A stretch of DNA of 64,000 bases from Eledone cirrhosa (taxonomy: Eukaryota): contig OZ024743.1 in the NCBI GenBank assembly GCA_964016885.1, positions 256,556,001-256,620,000 on the forward strand. Reading direction: 5' to 3'. Under the pieces are notes generated by a model. The model worked only from the letters and a program-made list of their open reading frames with translations. It had not been told where the DNA came from and did no database searches. This document shows, piece after piece, positions 52,860 to 64,000 of this stretch; within the stretch, counting starts at the first letter, position 1; every line of letters starts with the position of its first letter. The translations under genes and the position numbers were made by a program.

Positions 52860-55495
52860 CTCTCTAGTGCTGGTGGCATGAATAAAAGCACCCAGTCCAT
52901 GCCCTAGAGTAGTGCTGGTGTTAGGAAGAGCATCCAACCAGTATATATACTACTGCCAAAATCTATGGGCGCAACAAATGAAATTTGCAACAACTGCGTA
53001 AACAGCAATAACACTAACCATGTTAGGGCTGCGCACGGTAGTGGGGTGGCTAGTGAGGCCATGTGTGAGAACCCCACGACCGTCATCAGGCAATCGCACA
53101 ACAGGAAAAAGAACACTTAATGTTGGCACCCTAACAGGTAAATCTGGTGAGATAGCGGCGATGCTGGAGAGAAGGCATGTGGATGTGTGTTGTGTGCAAG
53201 AGGTGAGATGGAGAGGTGCCTCTGCAAGACTAATCGCAGGCAAACATCGTAGTCATAAGCTTTTCAGAGTGGGTTATGATCATGGGTTAGGTGGAGTGGG
53301 CATATTACTGGCTAAGAGATGGATCAATAAGACAATAGAGGTAGTTAGAGTTAGTAATAGAATAATTAAGATTAGATTAGTTGTAGGCAAGAGACTACTG
53401 ACAATCATCTCTGCCTATGATCCCCAGGAGAGGCCTAGGTAAAGAAGAGAAAGACTGCTTTTACGAGCAACTGTTACAAACGGCCTCAATGACAGAGGAC
53501 AGAGACATCGTTATGCTAGCAGGGCACTTCAATAGCCATGTTGGATATCTTCAGGATGGATACGCTGGGGTACATGGTGGGCACGTTTACAGCTCAAGAA
53601 ATAGAGAAGGAGTGAGGCTTCTTGAATTTTGTGATGCAAGTGCACTAACCATTTGCAACACTAACTTCCAGAAGCCTACCAACCACCTAATAACGTACAC
53701 ATCAGGCGAGCACATAAGCCAGATTGACTTCCTGCTAGTTAGACAGCGAGATGGACAGATGATGTCAAATAATAAGGCATACAGGAAGGTGTGGAAAAGA
53801 AAGGTCTGGAAGCTAAAAGACCTTTCATTAAAATATAAATTTAGCAAAACCCTTCAAGATGTGTATGACGATAAAGAAGACGATTTAGAGATGTATGACA
53901 TAGATCATAACTGGAATTTCTTGCGTGACAACTTACTGCTGGCTACTGAAGAAACTTGTAGTTGGGCAGAGCTTCAACCAGACAGAGAGTGACCTGGTGG
54001 TGGAACAGCACGCTAGATAGGGCCATTAGAGACAAAAGACTGGCATGGAAGGCTTGGAAAAATGGTGGGAGTACAGAAGGATACACAGCCGCTAAAAGAG
54101 AAGCTAGGCATCAGGTGTACTTAACACGCAGGGAGGCTGAGAGTAGGAGATTTGCGAATGTTCTATGCTGGGAAGATCAGAGACGTGCGGTGTTCCGCAT
54201 TGCAAGGCAGTGTGTCAATGCAAATCAGGATGTTGTTAGAGATAAGTATGTCTGGAATGATGCCGGTGTACGTAGTGTCACGAATGATAAAAAAAAGGAG
54301 GCCTAGAAATGTCATTATGAGAGACTGATGAATGTGGAGAACGAATGTGAGAGAGAGAAATTACCCCCAATAGACCGGACAGTGGGACCAGCTATTGTGA
54401 TTGACGAATATAGGGTACAAGAGGCAATTAAGGAAATGAAGAATGGTAAGGCTGCTGGACCGTCGGGGATAGTTGTTGAGAGGCTGAAGGCATCAGGCGA
54501 AGTAGGCACTAAACTAGTTGCACGCTTCATTAATCAAGCTATATATGGTGGTGTCATACCCCAAAACTGGTGCAGCAGTATTCTCATAAATTGCTATAAA
54601 GGTAAAGGTGATGCTCTAGAGAGGAGCAATTATAGGGGCATAAAACTGATGGATCAGGTTATGAAAGCGGCAGAGAGAATATTAGCGCATTTGATTAGAG
54701 AAAGGGTCAAATTAGATGAGATCCAGTTTGGTTTTGTGCCTCGGAAAAGTACAACAGATGCGCTCTTCTTAGTGAGGCAACTATAAGAGAGGTTCTTAGA
54801 GAAGAATAAGCCACTATACTTAGCTTTTGTTGACCTAGAGAAGGCCTTTGATAGGGTACCTCCCCCGATCTGTCATCTGGTGGTCCCTAAGGAAACTAGG
54901 TGCAGAGGAATGTCTTGTGAGGACAGTGCAACTATATACAGGGATTTTGTCAGTAAAGTGAGAATAGGAATGGAGTTTAGTGAGGAATTCCAGATACAAG
55001 TAGGTGTACATTAGGGTTCTGTCCTCAGCCCGCCCTTGTTCATTATAGTCCTCCAAGCCATAACAGAGGAATTTAAGACTGGATGCCCATGGGAACTTCT
55101 CTATGCTGATGATCTGGTTCTTATAGCACAATCAGTAGAGGAGCTAGATAATAAATTCTGGCTCTGGAAACAGCAGTTGGAATCAAGAGGTCTGAGAGTG
55201 AACATAGCTAAGACAAAAGTGTTGATGAGTAGAAAAGAGGACAAAACTCTGATTCCATCTGGGAAATAGCCATGTTCAATATGTAGGAAAGGAACTGGCA
55301 TAGATTCCATAAAATGTACGCAATGCAGATCTTGGGTACACAAGAGATGTAGTGAGATAGCAGGCAAACTAACAGGTAGGGAAAACTACATATGCACTAG
55401 ATATACAGGGAAAGTTGGCAGTAGTAATCGCAGTGATAGACACATTTTTCCAATGCAAGTAGTTTCTATAGAAGTGGTTGATAGCTTCCGGTACC
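52860..55495 (+). mobile_element. RTE LINE with 5' UTR, 3'-truncated and decayed; same subfamily as 4093-7178
   Basis: TLNVGTL, CCVQEVRW, GVGILL, GHFNSHVG, SQIDFLL endonuclease motifs. YRGIKL, QFGF, YADDLVL RT motifs. High similarity to 4680-7178 in reverse orientation. Confidence 0.95.
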
Positions 55496-56768
55496 TCCTC
55501 GATCGACTCCTATAGCAACACACCCACCTAGCAGCTAAAACCATGCCTCACACTGCTGTTGTCAACTCCTCTCTCTCACTTCCTTAACCAGAACTCAAGT
55601 TAGCTGACACTAGATGATAAAAATAGACGAAATACGTCGGTGGAGGCCTATCCTCTGTGCAGACAGGCACCCCAAGTTTCCGACCAACGGGCTCCAATGC
55701 CCAACCTCGGCTTGTGACCCGAATACCAGGAGGATATCCTGCCTCGAACCCGATCCCCCTCGCACGCATGAGTCAGGGATAAATACCACAAGTAAAAAGG
55801 ATGTGCCGATTACTATCACTTACCCCTCTCCCCACCTCCAGAGGAGACTTTGACACTGTGTCCGTGTAGGCGTATATGGAGGTATGTGTATGTGTACTTG
55901 TATGAGTGTGTGTGACTGTGTAGACGTAATATGGGAATGCACCTGAGCCTGTGTTTGTGCGTGTGTGCTTGCAACAGTGTGCATTGACATACACACATAT
56001 GTACTTTATGCTGAAATAAGAATTGTAGTCCTTTGCACTTCTGTATTTTGACACACAGGTTTTTGGTATTTTACACTCCACTTTTGACTCATTTGTTTTT
56101 AAAACACACCACTCTATGATAAAATAAGAATTGTAATTCTTTACACTTCTCAATTCTGACACATAGGTTATCTATTTCAGTTTATATTTTTCAAAAATGT
56201 TTGATTTTGGTTGTAGCACAAGCATTTTTTATTTGTTTGGCACCCCGCACCACGTGAAATGGCGGCAGGATAGATACCAGCCTACACACATAAATTCTTC
56301 AGACCATTGTAGCAGCATACTGAAGCTGACCTGCCAGAGCTGACCCCTTAATACCACTACCACTACAAACACAATGGAGGAGGTCAGCTGTACTTAAAAA
56401 TTCTGACAAAAACAACTATAACAGGCTAACTTGCCTCAGAAGAATTTCTATAGACTTTTAAATGAGGAATGTTCTCACAACTGACCAATGGGATACGAGC
56501 GTGTCCTATGAAGCTGAAATTCGTTTGTTCTAGCTCATATGATTTCAGTTCCTCGGAGGAATAACAACACACCCAGGAGCTGGACATATCGATGTATTGA
56601 CGGAGTAAAACACACTTCAACAACATGTGTACCTGTCTTTCCCACACCAATTCGGACTGCCTGAAGAGGTTACAGCCAATGATGGCTGTCACCTAAATAT
56701 ATATAGCAGTAATTTTTAATTTATAATAAACGAAGACAAATTTTACATATTTGACTTAATTATTTTAC

Positions 56769-56845
<77 letters not shown>

Positions 56846-57660
56846 TATATATATACACACATATATATATATACACACACATATATATATATACATATAT
56901 AAATACTATATATACTCGTGTATAAGCCAATAAATATGAGAAAAACAATTCAATGGCAAAATGAGTATCGGCTTATATTCAAGGTCAATATTTTACCGAA
57001 TTTCACCAAATTTAAATTTTATTTAAATGAGGTGCTAATATATTTTCCCTCTGGAGGGAAGTTCTTTTGCATTTGATGTGTTTTGAAAGAATATAGACTT
57101 GAAAACCATTGGAAATTGTTAAAAAATCATTACGAAATGTAGTTCTAAAACAAAAACTATACTTTAAATGACACTTAAAACATTTTAAATATCAAAATAT
57201 TAAATCTTTACCAACGTATTTTTTACTTATGAAAATTTCAAAACCATCCCATCTAATCATAATGTGTTGATGAGCTGTTTCAGCTTAAAAACGAGGTTTG
57301 GAATTTTGCTCATTTCTCAGACATATTTGAGTATATATGGTGTATGTATACGTGTGTTTGTTACTTAAGTCAATTTTAGCCAAAGGATATATAGATATGT
57401 TTCTTTTATTTGCCACTAGGGCATCAAAAGTGGGACAAGTACAATGGGGGGAGTTTACAAAACAAGGCGTCCTCAATAAAGAGGAGGCAATAAAAAAATA
57501 TAAAAATAAAATAAGATATAACAAAAAATAGAATTATGACAAAATCCTCAATAGAGAGGAGGCGCCTTGGGGGGTCGCACACACCCCCGAAAAAAGTGTG
57601 CAACCCTTCTCCTCAGGAGCACAGAGAAGGGGTGCTCCCTTGGTCTTTCATCTTCCTCAC

Positions 57661-60600
57661 CTATAGTCTGATGTAGAGTGAAGGCCCATTCACACGGGCC
57701 ATTCTCGCCACTTTCACCCATCTTTCATAGAAACGGCTGGGGTGCAGCACCTCTCTCTCCATCCTGATCCTTCTTCCGAAATGATATCGGAAGAAACGGA
57801 CCAGTTGTTGGCCAGAGAGAAAGGTGCCTGACCTCAGTCCTTTCAGACGCGTCCACCATACAACCTCTTTCGCCATGGCTATTACGCACAGAAACACCGC
57901 CTCTGCTTCATCTGTGAAGGGGGGAGGCGGCTTGATCATTACAATAGACTCGGTGGTCAACCGGATCGGTCCCACCCTTGACAGCAGTTGTTCGACATAG
58001 CCCCACAGATCGGATACGCCCGAGCAGTGTACCAATGCGTGTGCAACGGTTTCCTCGTCGCACACGCATCTGGGACAGATCTTTTTGGCGGGGTCCCTAC
58101 CCGGGCGCCCGTGTCTGTAGAGCCTTTCTCGAACGGGTAAAGCCCCTCGGTTGTCCATAGTTGTCCATAGGTCCCGGGCTGAATGTCCTACCGAACAGGC
58201 TGGCCAGTTCGTCCTCCTCCATGTCTAGGGCTTCTCTGAGGGCGTCGTCGCACCTGCTGCGTACCAGCCCTCTATAGAATGTTGCGGTGGAGTCTCCACT
58301 GATAACCGGATCCGCCTGCCAGAGGGCGGTGAGCGCCTGGGAACACTCAGTGTGCCAGGCGCCCAGTTTTCTCGGTCTTTGCTTGACCCAGGATTGCAGC
58401 TCGGTGAGTGAGACGAGTCTGGGAAAGGTTCGTCTCACAAACGAGGCCCACACCGGTTGTCCGTTGAGGAATACGTAGAGGTGCCGTAGCCTTAATGCGT
58501 GTTTACGCATCATTAGCCACGGCATCCCCAGCCCTCCTTTCGAAGGGTGTTGACAGCAGATGGATCTCCTCACCATAGGAGCCCGCCTCTTCCAAAGGAA
58601 TTGGAAGAGCGCGCGCTCCATCTTGGTGAGGGTTTCCCTTAGGCAGGGCACTACGGTCAGGCGGTAGTAGATGACGGACGCTATGTAGGTGTTCGCCACC
58701 TCCGCCCGACCTTTCAGGGATAGTTTGCAACTGGCCCACTTCTGGGTCAGTGCAAACACCCTGTTCGTAACCACCGCCCAGTTTTTCTCCACCTGGAGGT
58801 CCGGTCCGAACCAGACCCCGAGCAACTTCACCGGGCCCTCCGTCCAGCGTCCGACGACGCCATCGGAGGGCATCGGTCTTCCCCTCCACGTGCCGAGTTG
58901 CAAACCGATCGACTTGTCCCGGTTCAGCTTAGCCCCTGTGAACTTTTCGTACTCCTCCAGTAAGGTGCCGACCGCCTCGATTTCGGAGGCCGTCGACACC
59001 ATTACTGTCACGTCATCGGCGTAGGCCGACACCGCTTTCCGCAATCCCGGTTCCAAAGGGATGCCCTGCAACAACTCCAACTTCCGCAGTAGTGGCTCGA
59101 GAGTCAACACATACAGAAGGGAGGAGAGAGGGCACCCTTGTCGGATGGACCGCGCGATTTTGAACGGCTCCGAGAAGTAGCCGTTCACCTTGACCCTAGA
59201 GCAGATGCGGCTGCTGTGCATAGCAGTGATCCAGCCCCTGAAAACGGGTCCGAAGCCTGCCGCCGCTAGCACCGCATCCAGGTAACCATGGTCGACCCTA
59301 TCGAACGCCTTAGATTGATCCAAGTTGATCAGAGCCCCACCAAAGCCGGGTTCGTTCCCAACCCTCTCTATGATGTATCGCATGAGGTGGAGGTTGTCAT
59401 GGATGGACCTGGACGGGATAGCGCATGTCTGCGCATCTCCCACCAGGTTGCCCACGACAAGCGCCAACCTCTTTGCTAGCACCTTGGCCAAAATCTGTAA
59501 CTCTGTATTTAGCAGAGTTATTGGCCTGAAGTTACTTATTTCGTCCCCCTTGTTCTCGTCCTTCCTCACTAGCGTGACTACGCCCTTGGTCACAGTACAG
59601 GGAATTCTCCCGTTCTGTTGCCAGTTGCAGTAGACCGCCTCGAGGAGATCGGGGAACAAGTCCGGCATAGCTAGATATAATTCGTAAGGAAGACCATCGA
59701 GACCCGGGGATTTGCGTTTGCCGCATTGGCTCAGCACGTCCTCTATCTCAGCGGCCGAAATCGGCTCCTCGCAGGACTTCGCCTCCCTGTCCGAGAGGCG
59801 TGGCAGGCCGTCGAGGTATGGACCGAAGTCCACGTTCCCAACCGGCTCCCCGCCCCTCCCGAACAGTCGGGCAAAGTGCCTTTGAAGGGCCTCACACATC
59901 TGCTTAGGCTCAAGAATCGCCCGTCCATCCAGGTCTCGCAAAGACCGGATGGTGGATTTAGTTCCACTGTTGGCCTCTGTCACGCGGGCCCAGCTAACAG
60001 CTTTGGTCCCCTCGTTCCCTAGAGCACGTATTTTACTTCGGACAACGCAGCCTTCGTGCTTCGCGTCGAAAAACTGGCTCAAAGCCGTTCTCGACGCTAG
60101 CACTCTGGCCACGTCGCCGCTTCTAATTGCCTCTTCTACTCTATCTATTAGCTCCCTTTCCTTCCTATTCCTATCCGCAGCTAGAACCTTACTAAATTCT
60201 ATCGAGACTACTCTAATCTCTCTCTTTAGAGATACCCACCACCTGCTGTTGACGATCGCTCCAGTCAACCGCTCCTTAACTAACGTACTAATCCGATTCC
60301 TGTAGGCTCTACTTGCCGGCAAGGACAAATTGAGCTTCCAGTAACCGGGGCCCTGTCTATGAGTTCTGTCAAGGTTGACCATGCAGGTCACTAATTTGTG
60401 GTCTGAATAGCCAACCATGCGCATTTTTGGACAACTTAAAAAGTCCTTATCCTTAATTCTAACTAAGAACCTATCTAGGTACGACCTAGATGATCCGCTA
60501 CGATTTGCCCAAGTCCAGGTTGGCGCAGTCGGAAAATCTAGTCGATATCTATCGGCCAGGTCAAATCGACCGATTAACCCTTTGAGGATATTACACCCCT

Positions 60601-61077
60601 CTCTATCGGGGCAGGCCCCTACGTAGTCCCAGCGTGCATCTAGGATACCATCCAGTCCCCCACTAATAGCAAGGAGCGGGACGTCCCTAGAAAAGTCTCC
60701 AGACGATGGAAGAAGTCCGGCCGCATTGACCCGAAAGGGCCGTAGGCGGCTACCAACCTAAACGCTCCGCCTTTACCACTGCCAAGGTCCAGAACCACTA
60801 GTCGACCCTCCGGGTCCAAATGTACCATCTGTGTTGCGAGACCCAGATGTTTTTGCAGCAGAACGACAACTCCACCCCCACCTCCGGGCTGACAGAGAGA
60901 TGCGTGCATCTCAAAGTCATCAAAGGTGGGGGCCAGCTGTTGCACGTTGCTGATCCGGGCCTCGCAAATAACCATCACATCTATACGTTGTGACCTGAGG
61001 TCATTTAGAAGCATTGCTTGCTTCCAAGTTGAGCCCAGGCCACGCGCATTTAAACAGCCTACTCTTAGCATAGCCAT
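57661..61077 (-). pseudogene. Tx1 ORF2 (APE endonuclease + RT + C-terminal zinc finger) with two frame disruptions
   Basis: CLNARGL, GVVVLL, GDW, SDHKLV, GYWKLN, KSPGLDGL, NFRPITLLN, DQSKAFDRV, RQGCPLS, AYADD, GGLG, CPRC..ETVAHALVHC. Frame breaks at ~60640 and ~58150-58170. Confidence 0.92.
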
Positions 61078-61101
61078 GTTGGTGGTGAAGAGAAAAGGCA
61101 C

Positions 61102-62896
61102 TTACCTCTCTGCGTCCCGGGTATCGGGCTGCACAATTTCCATTAGGGTGGGGGATGGGTTGTTGGGTGGGGTGGTGGTTTGTGGAAGTGTGGGGGCATC
61201 AGTGTGTTGTGTGGTTGGGGAGCTTGGAGTTGTGTGGGTGTTTGGGGAGGGAGTGGGATAGTTTTTTAGGAGGACGCGGTTAATCGGCCCGACGCAGGGG
61301 GGACCCACGTCCTCTTTAAAATTGTTTTTTAAAGTTGTATAGGTGTCCTGTGGGGCCTTAATCATTTTGAGGTGGGGGAAATCCCCTGCCTGGGTGAAGT
61401 TAGGCCCTTGTGTTTTTATTAGATTGTTGTTGTACACAATGTTTAACAGTTTTTTGTTTCTTGTGTTTATGTATGTGTATGCATGTTTTTGTTTTTGTGT
61501 GGTGTTTTTTGTTTGCTGTTGTTGTGAGCTCTTTTGTGTTGGTGTCAGTGTTATGTTTTGGGGAGGGTTTTTTTTCATTTGTGTGTCTGAGGTGTGTTTT
61601 CTTTTTTTTCTTTTGATTGTGTGGAAGTGCTCCTCCTCGTCTGACGACGAACTAGGGTCATCTTCCGCGTTGGAGGGGAGGGGTATATTTTCGGGTTGTG
61701 TTTGCGGTACGGGTGTTTTGGAAATTGTTTTTGTTTTTTGAGTGGAGGGGATGGGTTGGACATTGTTTTGTTTTGGTTTGAGCTGTGGTGGTTGTTTTTG
61801 TAGTGGTAGTTGTGGTGATTGTGTTGGTTGTGCAGTTGTTGGTGGTGTAGGCAGGATTGGGGTTTTCTTATTAAGTTGGGGACAGACAGCCCTCAGGTGA
61901 CCTCTGGTTCCGCAGAGGTAACACGAGGGCCGTCTACCCTCAACGGTAATGTTGATGAAGGTTAGATCATCCAGTATGACGCGTTCAGGGATCTGGGCGA
62001 TCCTTTCGGGCCTCATTTGAACTACAAGTTCGAGGCTCGTTCCACTGAACGCGTCACCCGATGCCTTTCCCATGGACACCAGCATGTCATCCTCCAGGTC
62101 CAGAAAACCTGTCAAAACCCACCATATGTCCATAATCGGCAGGATGGTGTGGATTTTTATTTTTTGTGTTCTTCTACCCATGTACGTAGGGTAGAAGGTG
62201 TATGCGGTGGATGTGATTGGTTTGATGGACAGTTTCACTGCTGTGTCCCTGTCCTTCATGAGAATGGATAGACTCCCGTAGAGTCTATCCTTCTGAATGA
62301 AGGTGATGTCTTTCATGACGTCTTTTAAAACCAGCTCTATCTCACTCTGTGATGGTTGAGCTGGTTTTTTACTTTTGTTCGAGATTGTCCTAAACATGAC
62401 CGTGTTTAGGAGTCTCTGGCTTTTTAGTTCCGGGGGGGGGGGAATGGATTGTGAATGAACCATTTTCTCCGTACACTATATATTTTTTCGCATCCGCCAG
62501 TAGCTCCTTCGCTTTTGTTATATCTACTGGCAGATAGTCGAGGGTTTTCCTTGTCGTCTCGGCGAAGGAGAAATTTTGTTTGTTTGTGTTGTTGTTGTCG
62601 TTGGTGGTGTTGTTGTTATCATTGTTGTTGTCACCGTTATTGGTCTTGTTGTTGTTGTTATTCTTATTGTTATTGGTGTTGTTTTCGTCCGTCGCATTGT
62701 TGTTGTTGTTGCTGTTGCTGCTGGTTCTTTGGGTTGTTGCCATGGCAACGTCAAGTTGTCGGTTAACAGGTGGAGAGAATTCTTCCTCTGGCTGACCTTT
62801 CTTCTTGACCTCTGCTACTGTGACAGTGGCAGGGGGAAGCTGTAAGTTCATCTTCCCCTTTCCTCCTTCGAATTTTGGTGAAGCAGCTTCGGCCAT
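61102..62896 (-). CDS. Tx1 ORF1 (gag-like nucleic-acid-binding protein), frameshifted near 62430-62460
   Basis: CCHC zinc knuckle CYLCGTRGHLRAVC, basic KRKKRK, Pro/Gln/Thr-rich tail. Asn-rich N-terminal part is in another frame (62390-62896). Confidence 0.85.
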
Positions 62897-63827
62897 TTAA
62901 AAAAATATTGACTTTTCAACAAGAAAAAACTTTTTTTTTTGTTTAACTATTTCGCCTAAAGGCGTAGAATATTTTGAGAGACTGACCAGATCAAAGTTTG
63001 ACCTGGCAGTCCCTCTACAAAATGGTACAAAAATTAAAGTTATCAGACAAGAATTTCTATAGAAATTTAAACAGAACTTACTCAGCAAGTTATACGCATG
63101 TGTCCATCCCAGGATATATAGATAAGGAGCTTTATAGCATCTGTGTATGATTGGTAAAATGAATACATAGAAGTAACTAATGTTGATAAAATCACAATAG
63201 ATGAAGATAGATTTTTCCAATTCAATGGATAATCATTTTCTGAGGGAATATTTCATTGGGAAAATGATGGACAAAAATAGGATCTTAGAACAAAGGGAAT
63301 TAAAAGCCGTGTAACTATCAGAAGTGAAAGAAGTAAATTTAATCTTATTATTTTCATTATTTCATATAAAGTATCAAATGAACATCTCTGGCTCTGGGCC
63401 TTCTTAGATTTAGCATTCTATGCCTATTAAGTAACATGAGAGATATTGGTCTCGAATAATACCCATTGTTGTTTTGAATGGTCTTAGTATATTAGTAGCA
63501 GTAAGTTATCTGGTAACATGAAAAGCCTTATTATTTGACTGGTTTACAGGGTTTATTGTATAATAATTATTAGAGAACCAACCCTATCAAATAGGATATC
63601 TACTTATCAAGTTAAACTTTTAGGTAAGTTATAAATATATCACAATGGATTTCTGCATTATGAATACGAAGAGTGACAATTTTATCACTGAAAATAACTC
63701 AACATCATCATCAGCACCACTATCATCAACATGACCATCATCAACATCATCATCGTCATCACTCAGTGTTTCAATACTATGGATAGTTATCTTATACTTT
63801 AATGTGCTCTCGTTGTACATTCAAAGG

Positions 63828-63965
63828 AAGTTGGTGGATTAGCACAGTCGTTATAGCATCAAACAAAATGCTTTGTAGCATTTAGTTACAACCCTTTACA
63901 TTCTGAGTTCAAATCCCACCAACTTTGCTTTCATCCTTCTGGGGTTGATAAGATAAAATACTGCG
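63828..63965 (+). mobile_element. Degenerate Nin-domain-like SINE
   Basis: CTGAGTTCAAATCCCACC-AACTTTGC-TTTCATCCTTCTGGGGTTGATAA. Confidence 0.7.
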
Positions 63966-64000
63966 GTCAATATAATCGACTTTTCTCTTCCCTCAAATTG

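Larger units (their letters stand above)
57400..62896 (-). mobile_element. Tx1-clade (L1 group) non-LTR retrotransposon, near full length
   Basis: Two-ORF layout with GC-rich ORF2. 3' UTR ends GGCAAATAAAAGAA at ~57400-57414. Confidence 0.92.

Overview
AT-rich eukaryotic genomic DNA dominated by transposons and microsatellites. The SINE types, RTE LINEs and (TA)n/(CA)n load suggest a cephalopod such as Octopus; this is inference from family resemblance, not a database result. Main contents: (1) a decayed Helitron (1-7410, minus) split by a near full-length RTE LINE; (2) two more large RTE copies and several fragments; (3) a Penelope-like element (PLE) with an open 597-aa RT + GIY-YIG frame and ~1.2-kb inverted repeats (44.5-49.9 kb), plus several other PLE remnants; (4) a near-complete Tx1-clade LINE (57.4-62.9 kb); (5) many tRNA-derived SINEs and two TTAA-type MITEs. 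Not shown by the ORF track: at least three sequence-distinct families of minimal type-I hammerhead ribozymes with palindromic stem III (eight complete copies plus degenerate ones), all in inverted-repeat pairs. There is also a speculative HDV-like ribozyme fold at ~55.6-55.8 kb and two candidate host-gene exons (14645-14938, 17524-17553) that would join in frame. No prokaryotic features or CRISPR arrays.
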